Below the pieces are notes generated by a model that saw only the letters and a program-made list of their open reading frames with translations, was not told where the DNA came from and did no database searches. 31,326 nt of DNA from Eledone cirrhosa (Eukaryota). Below are positions 1-14,784 of this stretch, in pieces (positions within the stretch are counted from its first letter, which is position 1; every line of letters begins with the position of its first letter). A program made the position numbers and the translations under genes. The stretch spans positions 1 through 31,326 of the forward strand of contig CAXHJY010000893.1 in NCBI GenBank assembly GCA_964016885.1. The letters run 5' to 3'.

Positions 1-177
1 CGTCGGATGAAATACATAACAGATTTTTGTTACAGACCTCTACATGCTCGTTTCAAATCCCGGCAAGTCAACTATGCCTTTCGTCTCTACGAAATCGATA
101 AAATATCACTACTAGTAAAATACTGAAGTCAGTATTTCCCCTTCCTGCCCCCTAAATTGCTGGCCTTGTATCTAAAT
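1..177 (+). mobile_element. Degenerate tRNA-derived SINE (B box, central core and 3' part)
   Basis: TTCAAATCCCGGCAAGTCAACTATGCCTTTCGTCTCTACGAAATCGATAAAATA...TACTGAAGTC...AAATTGCTGGCCTTGT resembles the better-preserved copy at 21213-21366. Confidence 0.7.
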
Positions 178-1204
178 GATAAACCGTTAATTAGTAATGT
201 TATATATACCATCACCGCCAGTGCCGGTGGTGGTAGTAATGGTGTTCGTGATAGTGGCAGTAGCTTCCAACAAGCAAGAACAGAACACACAACATGTTCC
301 ACCCACCGACAGGACAGACAGACATAGGCTAATGGCTGTGGGGGGAGGAGAAAAACAATGATGGGAGAGATTGGGGGAGACATACACATGACTACACACT
401 CCCTTCTTTCTATTTCTAGCTGTATGTGCTTCCACGAAATACTATGTTGTTTCGTTGATCCATAATAAAGGATCACATCAACTGGGATTTAGAGCCGATT
501 TATTTCAAGACTCACACACACTATATATTGTATACACACATTAATTGTACACATACAATACACACGTATTTGGTCACTACACATAGATACACATATCTAG
601 TTTGTGCGTGTATGGAGAGAGCGCGAGAGATACAAACTAGAGATGTTGATTATATATAAATATAAATACCAACTGATTTTATATACATATACCCAATAAA
701 AATATACAATAAAAACATATTAAACACACACTCAGGCATAGCCATATAAAAGACAATAAACATACACGCACTCACATTTACACTCAGAAAAACATTGTTA
801 CAAATATATTTATAAATAAGTACACATTACAACAGACTGCTATCAAACACATCTATAAATACACAGACAAGATATTCATAATATAAAACACAAAACACGT
901 ATAACACACGCATATACACATTCACTCATTACATAATAACTCATGCATGTTTTTTTATTAAATGCAAGGAGCACATCTGTACTACTATTCTTACGGGATC
1001 CGGACAAAAACCCCCTCCGAAGCCCATATCCGTCAATTAAACAGCAAAGAAGGATAAAAGTTTTTTTGGTTAAAGTTTCTTAGGCTAAACTTTTTTCCAG
1101 AGATTCTTTATTTTAATTTTTACACATTTTCTTTTTGCAAAAAATTTTGCTTTATATTTTTAGACCTGGGTTTTTTTCTCGAAGGAGTTTTTTTTTTCTC
1201 TCTG

Positions 1205-1243
<39 letters not shown>

Positions 1244-1278
1244 GTATATATATACATGTGTGTGTGTATGTATGCGTC

Positions 1279-1320
1279 TAACCCATGCTAGCGTGGAAGA
1301 TGGACGTTAAACGATGATGA
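1279..1320 (+). mobile_element. 3' tail of an RTE LINE or RTE-tailed SINE
   Basis: AACCCATGCTAGCGTGGAAGATGGACGTTAAACGATGATGA matches the tail that follows RTE coding sequence on the minus strand at 19560-19610. Confidence 0.6.
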
Positions 1321-1342
1321 TATATACATATATACACATACA

Positions 1343-1401
1343 ATAGCTCTACTATACATAGAGCACTCTTCTTTCCATTACTTTTTCTACGGAAATACTT
1401 A

Positions 1402-1405
<4 letters not shown>
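1343..1405 (+). mobile_element. Truncated 3' tail of the (TA)n-embedded hammerhead element family
   Basis: AGCTCTACTATACATAGAGCACTCTTCTTTCC followed by (TA)n matches the reverse complement of 9372-9420. Confidence 0.6.
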
Positions 1406-1453
<48 letters not shown>

Positions 1454-2248
1454 GCGTCGTATCTACATTACACAACATTCATAAACGTATGTGTAAACGT
1501 GACCATGCAATTTAATGTTTGTGGTCGTGTGTATGTAAACATTTAAAAGGTGTGTAATACGCATGTATATGATTATGTATGTGTATAAACGTTTACAGCC
1601 GTGTAATACACGAGTGTAAATATGAATGCATGTGAATGTTTGAATGTAGACATATTTAGATGTATGTATAAATATATTTTTATGCATCTAAGTCTGTAAT
1701 AAAACGCGTGTGGTGTTTACTTACATGATTGTAACCCACACAACTGTGTATATATATAAATGTAAATATATGTGTGTGCGTGTATGTTTACAATGACATC
1801 CAGATAAAAGTTAACGATCAAAGGTTGTAGTGAAGCAACCGAATAAAAAATCAACAACAGAGATATAATATACACACGGTTGGTGTGTATATATATATAT
1901 GTGTGTGTGTGCGAACCTACACAGCAAAATAACGGACCCTTATTTAATTGAAGGCATTGGTTGTTTTCAGTAACTTAGAAACTAAAGGGTGGAATAGTTG
2001 GGTAGTCTGACATACCCTTGACTCGCAAGTCTGAGGGAGGCGGATATCCTGTATAGCCCAGGTGCTATTACAGCCTCTCGGGCCCACAATTAGCACGGCA
2101 GGTATGGTAAGGTAGGTTGCTAAGTAGTATAGACACACCACCATCAACTGTTGGTTTTTGTCGATCTCGTTTAACTAGAGGATCTCCGGTTTGGCTAGGT
2201 CTACAGCCCTTGGGTGTTTACACCTCTTTATCGTCTACGGGTGTAGGT

Positions 2249-2355
2249 AGACAAGACCAAACATTTGGTGGGAGAGGTACAGTTTATATCAAACCTGACA
2301 GATACTCACAGAAAAGATGAAAAGTAAAGTCGATCCCGTCATCATTAAACTGACA
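2249..2355 (-). mobile_element. Degenerate SINE fragment
   Basis: GAAAAGATGAAAAGTAAAGTCGATCCCG is the reverse complement of the SINE core (GTCGACTTTACCTTTCATCC at ~21306). Confidence 0.5.
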
Positions 2356-2369
2356 TTTGCTTCAACCAA

Positions 2370-2548
2370 TGCGGGACCTTAAGGTTAGTTGCTCGAATTG
2401 TAAGAAAAAGCAATATAATATTCCTCACCACACCCTATTACTGACTTTAAAAAAAGGGATGAAATATTAAGTTTGGGTGAAAAATGTTATGATCATATGG
2501 CCAAAACAACGCCTTTGACCATAGGTCAGCTTAATCAGGGCTAACATA
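2370..2548 (+). repeat. Degenerate interspersed repeat, related to 12560-12722
   Basis: Shared blocks TAGTTGCTCGA/TGGTCGCTCAA and CCTTTGACCATAGGTC/CCTTTT..GACCATAGATC. Confidence 0.45.
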
Positions 2549-4852
2549 TGTTATTAAAAGTCCTTTCTACACGATAAACAGTATTCTGCGAAATAAAAGC
2601 GAAAGCAAAAATCCACAACATATAACAAAAAAATAAACAATCTCCTTTCATCTTACCTGTTTAATGCTACGGATGTCATCTCTTCGTGTCGTATTCGGTA
2701 TTCCTGCATAATTCGTTTCTTTTCAGCTGTCCGAGGGTAAACAGACATAGTAGTGGTTGAATAGGAAGTGTTAGAGAAGGTATATATTACAGAGAGAGAG
2801 AAGTTTGAAAGGTGTTACGATTGTGTATATATCAAACCCTCGATGACAGAGACAGAGTATAAAAACTCAAAATAAACACCCCCCAGGAGAAGACACCTAA
2901 AGTGTCTCTCTGGTTGGCGGTTAATTGAGATATACTGAAACTATCTCAAATTCAGTATATGAATGGTTTCTCAGTGTGCGTATGTATGTACATATATCTG
3001 TGTGTGTGTGCGCGCGCGTATGTATATATAAATATGAATATGTGATCTTCGTTGTTGAACAGATGATGTGTGAAGAAGAAAGACACTACAGACAGATAGA
3101 GAAAGTGAAGAGGGAAGTAAAAAAAAAAGATACTGGCGAGAAGAAAAAGAGAGAGAGGGAGAGAAGACAGACAAAGGAAGGAAGGGAGAAGAGAGTGGGG
3201 GAGAAAAGCACGTTCAGTAGTCAAGACGGAGCAGAGCCGATGTAACAAATGTTATGAATAAATGGTTTTATCCAAAAGCAGAGAGATGGCCTCTGTAAAT
3301 AGCCGACAAGGTGTAAGAAAATCCAAGGGATTCCAATGTACACAGAAAAGATTGTTGTTAATAGTGATAAAGATATATTTTTCACCAAAAAATAAAAACA
3401 TTGAAAGATTATTTTAGTTGGTATTTAAACTGAATGTCTCTCTACTCGCTGCTGGTTGTAGGCACGCCATTATACCACGCCACTATGTACGTTTTTTTCC
3501 CCTTTCACTATTGCTCTTACTCCACTTCACTCTGCCTTCTCCTTCCACGACATCCCCGTCTTCTTTGCGGTGATAGTGTTGTTGATAATGGAGGGGGTGA
3601 TAATGATAGTGGTGGTGATGGTGCGCTTTGGGTCGTACAAACGACGTAAGAGGTGGTGAGAGAGAGACAAAAGAGAGTGAGGGGTTGAAACCAAAAATAG
3701 AAAGAATGAGTAGGAGTGAGAGAAAGAAACATAAGACAGTGAGAGTGTGTGGAGATAGGTCTGAACTAGATAAAGTAAGAATATAAATAGAGGAAGAGGA
3801 GATATATATATATATATACATACAGCAAATTGATAGGTATAGAAACTAAGAGAGAGAGAAAAGAAAGGCAGTAAAAGTATGGAAATAAACGAAAGGGAGG
3901 AGAGACCATATGTAAGATAATAAAAACAAAGAGAAAGTGTGAGGAGGAGAAGCAACGTGCCTCCTACCACCATACAGCGTTTCTTTGTATGTAGGCATAT
4001 ATGTGTGTCAATGTATGTGTGCGCCTGTAATAGTCGGTGTGCGTCTAGAATGAGTAGGAATTGGCGGGAAACATACGTGCACCTATTCACATTTAGAAAA
4101 ATAGTCCCTTCACCTCGTCCTTCTCTGTGTCAGATGGATTCTTACTTCTCCTCCTCCTTTTATTTGACTTACGCCTTTCCTTTCCTTCCTACATACTTAA
4201 CCCTTTCACTCTTTTTTTTTATAAAAGGCTTCCATTATGCTTTGTATCTCTTTCTTACTACCTCTTCCTCTCTCTCTGGTATTAAAGTATATCTCACCCT
4301 GTTATCTTTATCCTTTCTCTGTCTCATACTCCCTTTCTTTCATATATCTTACGCTCTCTCTCTCTCTTCTCACCACCACTACCACAATCTGTTGCCTTTC
4401 TGTCTTTTTTTTTCTTACCGCACGATTTTTCCTCTTTTCTCACGCTTCCTTTCTTCGTCTCTCTTCATTCCATCCGCCGTTCTACCTCGCTGTTCTTGTT
4501 TCACTCTACATAACCCATAAAAATAAGGGAGAATACACTCGGGTGGCTTTTCAGATAAACTTCCTTTCGGTCGAACCTTCTCACCCCTCTCACATTTTGT
4601 ACCACCCGGTTCATTTCATGTATTATATGTTATGCCCCCCCCTCCCCTTTGCACCTCCTGTTTGCACATTCATATTTGTAGAGATAACATGGGTACTGGC
4701 ACTCAATATACATTATAGATGAGAATAGATATTTTACAAACGATAAAAGTGGCAGTGATTTAGAAGTGTCGGTTATATAGATATATTAAGTGACACACAT
4801 ATATATAAACACTCCATGTGTGGTTTGGTAGGGGGGGGAGGGTACTATCTAT

Positions 4853-4980
4853 CTGACGTTGCCTGAACAACACGTGGCGGGAACTCCGAGTGGAACACAG
4901 TGAATCATCAGCTGTTTTCTCGTAAGAAATATACTCTATAACGTGTATTGAGTACTCTTTCCTTTGGGTAGATAATAAAA
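4853..4980 (+). mobile_element. Decayed hammerhead-like motif plus GAGTACTC tail
   Basis: CTGACG(T)-TGCC...GGCG-(G)GAAC-TCCGA-GT(G), with the same TCCGA stem III as the 5561 motif. TATTGAGTACTCTTT at 4946-4960. The core is mutated and no stem I is visible. Confidence 0.4.
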
Positions 4981-5505
4981 ATATTAGATATTAGATATAT
5001 TTCTTTATTAGCCACAGGGGCAAAAAAGAAGGGGACGTAGATAGACAGCTAAATAAATAGATGTAATAACTGACATTTCCCCATACTCTATGATTTAGAT
5101 CACTCCCCCACAGACACACACACACACACACTTGTCAGTAACCTTTCTTTAACTCATACCATATCCTACCTTACTACCCTCCCACTCTCAATATTTCTTT
5201 CGGTATTCCTTTACATTGTCCAGACTTTCTTTTCATATCTGTTGCATCTCCTCCTCCTACCCTCGTTTTTTCTGTATTTCCTCTTTATCCCAAACCTCCG
5301 TCGTACAACTTTCTCTCTTTCATTTTATTGTTCATTTCCTTTATTTTTTCGACCTAACCCCAGTATTTAATAAATTTAGGGGAGAAGCAGACGAAAATAG
5401 AGGGCGTTGATATATATATATATATATATATATAAATTAATAAAAATAATGAATAAAAACAAAGAATTAGTTCCTTATATTAAAAAATTCATCATTTTAC
5501 GATCG

Positions 5506-5619
5506 TTTCTAGGATATATATGTGTCTGTTGGTATGTATATCATATATATATATATATGGCTGACGAACGAAGCATCAATAACATCAGAATGCTTTGTGA
5601 AACTCCGAGTACCTAGAAA
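5506..5619 (+). ncRNA. Type I hammerhead ribozyme motif with intact core and interrupted stem I
   Basis: CUGACGA 5561-5567; stem II ACGAAGCAU/AUGCUUUGU (9 bp, one G-U); GAAAC-UCCGA-GUA 5599-5611. The 3' CCUAGAAA is complementary to UUUCUAGG at 5506-5513. Confidence 0.7.
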
Positions 5620-5730
5620 GGTATAAGCCGGTTTGCCATGTATTATATATATATATACATATATATGTATATACATATATATAGATATATGTATATATAT
5701 ATATATATATGTATAGTAATAATAATAAAA

Positions 5731-5865
5731 TTGAAGAGGATCCGCTAAGGTGAAACAATTGTTCTCGGTATGGTGAACTAACTGTTGTGTAACCACTTCT
5801 ACCTAACTCGTCCCTTGGACTGAGTGCTCTACCACTACGGATATTACCTTCCAGTGTTCCACCAC
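5731..5865 (+). mobile_element. Short (TA)n-flanked element with decayed hammerhead 3' half
   Basis: TTGAAGA...GAAAC-AATT-GTT (palindromic stem III), then GAGTGCTC at 5822, then the large TA array. Stems I and II are weak. Confidence 0.45.
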
Positions 5866-5922
<57 letters not shown>

Positions 5923-5945
5923 ATATATATATATATATATATGTG

Positions 5946-5978
<33 letters not shown>

Positions 5979-6015
5979 GTATATATATATGTATATATAT
6001 ATGTATATATATATG

Positions 6016-6078
<63 letters not shown>

Positions 6079-6109
6079 GTATATATATATATATGTATAT
6101 ATATATATG

Positions 6110-6174
<65 letters not shown>

Positions 6175-6533
6175 GTATATATATGTATATATGTATATAT
6201 ATATATGTATGTATATATATGTATATATATATATGTATGTATATATATGTATATATGTATATATATATATGTATGTATATATATGTATATATATATATGT
6301 ATATATATATATGTATGTATATATATGTATATATGTATATGTATATGTATATATATATGTATATATGTATGTATATATATATGTATATATATATATATAT
6401 GTATGTATATGTATATATATATATATGTATGTATATATATATGTATGTATATATATATGTATATATATATATGTATGTATATATATATGTATATATATAT
6501 ATGTATATATATATATGTATATATATATATATG

Positions 6534-6578
<45 letters not shown>

Positions 6579-6873
6579 GTATATATATATGTATATATAT
6601 ATGTATATATATGTATATATATATGTATATATATGTATATATATATGTATATGTATATATATGTATATATATATGTATATATATATGTATATGTATATGT
6701 ATGTATATGTATATATATGTATATATATATGTATATACATATGTGTATATATATATATGTATATATATATGTATATGTATATATGTATATATGTATATGT
6801 GTATATATATATATGTATATATATATGTATATGTATATATGTATATATGTATATATGTATATATGTATATATG

Positions 6874-6920
<47 letters not shown>

Positions 6921-7287
6921 GTATATGTATATGTATATATATATATATGTATATATATATGTATATATATATGTATATATATATATGTAGATATATATGT
7001 ATATATATATATCTATATATATATGTAGATATATATGTATATATATATATCTATATATGTATATATATGTATATCTATATATATATGTATATATATGTAT
7101 ATCTATATATATATGTATATATGTATATATGTATATATATATGTATATATGTATATATGTATATATATATGTATATATGTATATATATATATATATGTGT
7201 ATATATATGTGTATATATATATATATGTATATATGTATATATATATGTATATATGTATATATATATATATATATGTATATATATACA

Positions 7288-7342
<55 letters not shown>

Positions 7343-7903
7343 GTATGTATATATATATGTATGTATATATATATGTATGTATATATATATGTATGTGTAT
7401 ATATATATGTATGTATATATATATGTATGTATATATATATGTATATATATGTATGTATATATATATGTATATATATATATATGTATGTATATATATATGT
7501 ATATATATATGTATGTATATATATGTATATATATATGTATGTATATATATATGTATATATATATGTATGTATATATATGTATATATGTATGTATATATGT
7601 ATGTAATATATGTATGTATATATGTATGTAATATATGTATGTATATATATATGTATATATATATGTATATATATATATGTATATATGTATATATATATGT
7701 ATATATATATGTATGTATATATATATGTATGTATATATGTATATATATATGTATATATATATGTATATATATATGTATATATATGTATCTATATATGTAT
7801 CTATATATGTATATATATGTGTATATATATGTATATATATGTATATATATGTATCTATATATGTATATATATATCTATATATGTATATATATATCTATAT
7901 ATG

Positions 7904-7976
<73 letters not shown>

Positions 7977-8006
7977 GTATATATATGTATATATATATGT
8001 ATATGT

Positions 8007-8052
<46 letters not shown>

Positions 8053-8428
8053 GTATATGTATATATATATATGTATATATATATGTATATGTATATATAT
8101 ATATGTATATATATATGTATATATATATATATGTATATATATATGTATATATATATATGTATATATATATGTATATATATATGTATATATATATATGTAT
8201 ATATATATGTATATATATATATGTATATATATATGTATATATATATATATGTATATATATATATGTATATATGTATATATATATATATGTATATATATAT
8301 ATGTATATATATATGTATATATATATATATATGTATATATATATGTATATATATATATGTATATATATATGTATATATATATATGTATATATATATGTAT
8401 ATATATATGTATATATATATATGTATAT

Positions 8429-8478
<50 letters not shown>

Positions 8479-8529
8479 GTATATATATATATATGTATAT
8501 ATATATGTATATATATATATGTATATATG

Positions 8530-8580
<51 letters not shown>

Positions 8581-8725
8581 GTATATGTATATATATGTAT
8601 ATGTATATATATATATGTATATATATATATGTATATGTATATATATATATGTATATGTATATATATATATGTATATATATGTATATGTATATATAAATAT
8701 GTATATATATATATATATGTATATG

Positions 8726-8756
<31 letters not shown>

Positions 8757-8765
8757 GTATATATG

Positions 8766-8815
<50 letters not shown>

Positions 8816-8907
8816 TGTATATATATGTATATGTATATGTATATATATATATATGTATATATATGTATATATATATATATATATGTATATATATGTATAT
8901 GTATATG

Positions 8908-8954
<47 letters not shown>

Positions 8955-9045
8955 GTATATATATGTATATGTATATATATATATGTATATATATATATAT
9001 GTATATATATGTATATGTATATATATATATGTATATATATATATG

Positions 9046-9090
<45 letters not shown>

Positions 9091-9171
9091 GTATATATAT
9101 ATGTATATATATATATGTATATATATATGTATATATATATATGTATATATATATATGTATATATATATATG

Positions 9172-9207
<36 letters not shown>

Positions 9208-9227
9208 TATGTATATATATGTATATG

Positions 9228-9261
<34 letters not shown>

Positions 9262-9305
9262 TGTATATATATATGTATACATATATATATGTATACATAT
9301 ATATA

Positions 9306-9371
<66 letters not shown>
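5866..9371. repeat. ~3.5 kb compound (TA)n/(TATATG)n microsatellite
   Basis: Seen directly. Interruptions are almost all G on the + strand, with C variants mainly near the right end. Confidence 0.98.
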
Positions 9372-9375
<4 letters not shown>

Positions 9376-9452
9376 GTAATTCCAGGAAAAAAGAGTGCTC
9401 TATGTAGGTAACAGAGCTTAATAGTTATGTAATAAACAACATAAGGCAATTA

Positions 9453-9512
9453 TTTCATTTACCAGTAATTTCTTAAAAGCCAAAAAATCTGCTTTCAATC
9501 ATCAGAATGAAA
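9453..9512 (-). ncRNA. Type I hammerhead ribozyme (sense copy of element A)
   Basis: UUUCAUU-CUGAUGA-UUGAAAGC...GCUUUUAA-GAAAU-UACUG-GUA-AAUGAAA, giving a 7-bp stem I and an 8-bp stem II. Confidence 0.8.
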
Positions 9513-9523
9513 AAATAGGATTT

Positions 9524-9584
9524 TTTCATTCTGATGATTGAAAGCAAAATTTTTTGGCTTTTAAGAAATTACTGGTAAATGAAA
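9524..9584 (+). ncRNA. Type I hammerhead ribozyme (inverted copy in element A)
   Basis: Stem I 9524-9530/9578-9584; CUGAUGA 9531-9537; stem II 9538-9545/9557-9564; GAAA 9565-9568; GUA 9575-9577. Confidence 0.8.
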
Positions 9585-9636
9585 TAATTGCCTTATGTTG
9601 TTTATTACATAACTATATATATATATATATATATAT

Positions 9637-9845
9637 ATAGGAACCAGTAAGACACCGACGGCTGAGCTCAAGCCGTTTCGACGGCTAATTCTGGACTAAA
9701 GATTTAGTCCAGAATTAGCCGTCGAAACGGCTTGAGCTCAGCCGTCGGGTTCTTACTGGTTCCTATTACCCACTCTACTACCCTAAGTATTGAGTACTTT
9801 GGTGCGTTATGGTCCACCTGGTTCCTTACCACATTTCCTTCGTTA
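9637..9845 (+). mobile_element. Element B: 130-bp palindrome with hammerhead 3' half plus tail
   Basis: 9637-9700 pairs with 9703-9766 (2 mismatches). Contains GAAACGGC-TTGAGCTCA-GCCGTC. Tail has TATTGAGTACTT. (TA)n on both sides. Second copy at 15996-16196. Confidence 0.8.
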
Positions 9846-11353
<1,508 letters not shown>

Positions 11354-11529
11354 CACATACCTAAATGTCTATCTTTATATCGCATCGTTGTGCCGAAATT
11401 ACGAATCAAGCTCGATTCCCAGTTGGAGCTAAGTTACATCCTCAAATTCCCTCGTAAATGGACGAAAGGTGAAACATTTGTTTGTATAAACACAATATTG
11501 ATCCACAACTTCTGTCGTATATGTGTGCG

Positions 11530-11646
11530 TGTGCCCAACCCGTGTCTGTTCACGATTATACCTGTATAACTTAGCGTTTCGACAAAAAGTACCAGACTTG
11601 AAAAAATAAGTTGAGTCAATATGCCCAACTAAAGGGCACCGCCTTG
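11530..11646 (+). mobile_element. Degenerate SINE fragment
   Basis: TAACTTAGCGTTTCGACAAAAAGTACCAGACTTGAAAAAATAAGT resembles a recalled octopus SINE body. Confidence 0.4.
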
Positions 11647-12074
11647 ATTCATGTGTGTTTGGGTATATGTGCGTGCATGTATGTTTACAAATATGTGAGT
11701 ATATATATATATGGGTGTACATCGCAACTTCTGTCTACAAACTATATAAATAAATGATATATATATATATTTATATAAATTGTAGAGATAGAAGGTGCGT
11801 ATGAAACAAATGTTTTACCAAGCCGTCTTTACAAACGATCACAACGAGAGAATGAAGGGGTGATAAAATACAAACTGTTTCAACACAATGTTTGTAAAAC
11901 GTAACAGTTAGCAACGCGAGCGCGAAACATGAGAGAATTATTTTTATCGGCGGACGAACACAATTTTTCCCAGGGATGAAATACGTAAATGGGCAAAGAA
12001 GGAAAAAAAATGAGACGCGGGAAACTAAAAATAAACAAATCAACAGCTGTTGACGAAGCTTCTAGTAGGACCGT

Positions 12075-12135
<61 letters not shown>

Positions 12136-12302
12136 TGACGGTGATGTTGGCGGTATAGTGGTGGTAGTAGTAGCTGCAGTAGTAGCACTAGTAGTAGTAG
12201 TGATAGTAGTAATAGTAGTAGTCATAAACGTAGTAGTAGTGGGTGCTGATTGTGGCGGCGGCGGCAGTAGTAGTCGTAATAGAAGAAAAAAGGGGAGTAG
12301 TA
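12075..12302. repeat. (TAG)n microsatellite with a degenerate extension
   Basis: Pure GTA repeats at 12075-12130, decaying thereafter. Confidence 0.9.
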
Positions 12303-12559
12303 GTCTGGTGACCTGTATGTGTGTACTATGTGCAAATGTGCTTTCGTCGGTGTTTGTATATTCACTCACAAACACACATATATAGATATAGATATGTATA
12401 TATGTGTGTACAATTGCGCTTTCTTCGCTGTGTGTGTATATATGTATATATACACACACAACGACGAAAGCACAATGACACATATATATACGTCTGTTTG
12501 TGTGTGAATCAGCTTGTATAGTAACAATTATTTTCTTGTTTGTATGGTACACAATCCCA

Positions 12560-12722
12560 CGTGGTCGCTCAACCTGTTAAAATAGCAGCCAAATCACACC
12601 TGTCTTGAAAGGCACACGTGGTCCTTCAAACTTCTAAAGAGACAGGATAATTCCGGCTGGAATTCCTTTTATCTTAGACCATAGATCTATCTCCTCGCTC
12701 AGAGGCTAAAAACAATAGCAAT
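12560..12722 (+). repeat. Degenerate interspersed repeat (AAATAGCAGCCAAAT family)
   Basis: Similar to 2370-2548. The motif also occurs at 28117-28135. Confidence 0.5.
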
Positions 12723-12792
12723 AAGACAAATGGAGACACCATTATCATTTATTAGATGTTTCTTCTTATTTTCATTACCGTTTGACACCACA

Positions 12793-13320
12793 ATAAAGGT
12801 CAGAAATTTGGTGGAGAAGGGAAAGTTGATTACATCGACCCAGTATTTAATTAGCACTTTATTTTTTCGACTTCGGTGAGATTTAAACTCAGAACAAATA
12901 CCGCAAAGCGTAAGTTCAGCGCTCTAACGATTCTAATATTTGTTTTTATAGCGGCAATGGCCAAAATTGTTAGCTTTTTTCCATAGCGGCACAAGGCCAA
13001 AATTTGTGGAAGAGGAGTTAGTCGATTGAGTAACCAAATATTGAACTGGTACTTGATTTTATCGATGTTTCAACGATGACGGGCAAATTTGGTGGGATTA
13101 GAAATCAGAACGTAAAGAGACAGAAAATATTTAAAATAATAATTTCTGTTAAATCATATAAAAAAGAAAAAGAAAGGAGCCAAATATCAGATTGAATCAA
13201 GGAAACTCTGTTTCTATCTGCTGATCGCAATTCCTGACACAAGAGAAAGGGTTTGTACTCAGAACACGTAAGATATACCCCCAAAGCATCCTGTTTGACT
13301 CTTTAACAATTTCACCCCTG
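12793..13320 (-). mobile_element. Cluster of two to three degenerate SINE copies
   Basis: Repeated AAGG(T/C)CA..AATTTG...GA(T)TTAAACTCAGAAC / GGGATTAGAAATCAGAAC / GTTTGTACTCAGAAC, which are reverse complements of the SINE B box and core. Confidence 0.6.
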
Positions 13321-13644
13321 CACTGGCCTTTTATTTATCGATCCGACAAAATAAATTATAAAAGAAATCATTACTATTATTTACTGTCTCATTAGGTTCT
13401 GTGTGCAAATACTAACAAGGCTTGACAATCAGGCCACAAATTTAGGAATAGCGTCTAATCTCAACAAAGGGTATGTTCGTTCCTTTCACAAAGTTGACGT
13501 ACAAACAAGGTCCATTTCGACTGCATTTCTTTAATGTTCTAAAATATTTGGATTAACTCAGACCATAAGAGTTATCTCCCTTGTTAGCTTCTCACGGTCT
13601 AAATACCCGCCTAAAGAGAACAGGTCTTCAATAGAAATCTTCTG

Positions 13645-13708
13645 CCATGCTGCGGTTAACTTTGCCTTTGATCTTTTCGGAGTGGATAAAGTACTGAAGT
13701 CGAGTCTT
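13645..13708 (+). mobile_element. SINE core fragment
   Basis: GGTTAACTTTGCCTTTGATCTTTTCGGAGTGGATAAAGTACTGAAGTCGA matches the core at 21304-21360. Confidence 0.55.
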
Positions 13709-13892
13709 TCTTTCTCTCTCCACCAGGTTTAAATGCCCAAGAAACACATTGTTACAATGTTGCCCCTACCAATCCATCAGAGTTAAGGACTCAATGATGA
13801 TTATACACACGCACGCACACACACACACATATTCAGGGAGTGTAGCGTGAAATTACATATATATACACACACATATATATATATACATATAT

Positions 13893-13925
<33 letters not shown>

Positions 13926-14078
13926 CATACATATATATATATATACATACATATATACATACATATATATACATACACACACACATATATATATATAAAA
14001 GGAATATTAAATCTCTACTTCGGTATTGGGTACTCTTTTCTCTCAGCCGTCAACCACATATGGATATATGTGTGTATG

Positions 14079-14115
<37 letters not shown>

Positions 14116-14134
14116 ATATATATATATATATATA

Positions 14135-14308
<174 letters not shown>

Positions 14309-14427
14309 GAGAAGAAAGAAGAATACTGCGTGGTTTTGCACATGGGTTACATATGATAAAAATATATATACATGTATATATATATATATATATACATGTA
14401 TACATATATCTACGTATTACTACAGTT

Positions 14428-14466
<39 letters not shown>

Positions 14467-14784
14467 AATGTTTATATATATATATAAAAGAAGTGTTTAT
14501 ATATATACATAAACATTTCTCTTTCGTAAAAGTCGTTTTTCGTATTTTTCGTTGTCTGCTACACGCATGTGTATTTTCATCCTGCACCTCTCCTCCCCCT
14601 ACCACTGTTACTCCTATTACTACCACTACACTATACTTGCTACTATGTCTGGAATGTAGAACGTTGGTGGGGCTTTCCTTATAAGGGCAAGCTATCAATC
14701 AGCTGATTAGATTGCCTCTTTTCATTGGTCCCCTCTTTTCATGTCTACGTTAACGTCAAAGGCACATTTTCAAAAAAAAAATAG

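Larger units (their letters stand above)
9372..9616 (-). mobile_element. Element A: 196-bp fold-back palindrome plus GAGCACTC tail (Penelope-like inverted pLTR remnant)
   Basis: 9421-9516 is the reverse complement of 9520-9616 (3-nt loop; one mismatch and one indel). Unique tail at 9372-9420. (TA)n on both sides. Confidence 0.8.

Noticed and set aside
993-1198. GGATCCGGACAAAAACCCCC as a possible MITE terminus
   Set aside because: No convincing matching right-hand inverted repeat.
3434-4722. Hydrophobic 100-190 aa ORFs
   Set aside because: They derive from CT/GA low-complexity sequence.
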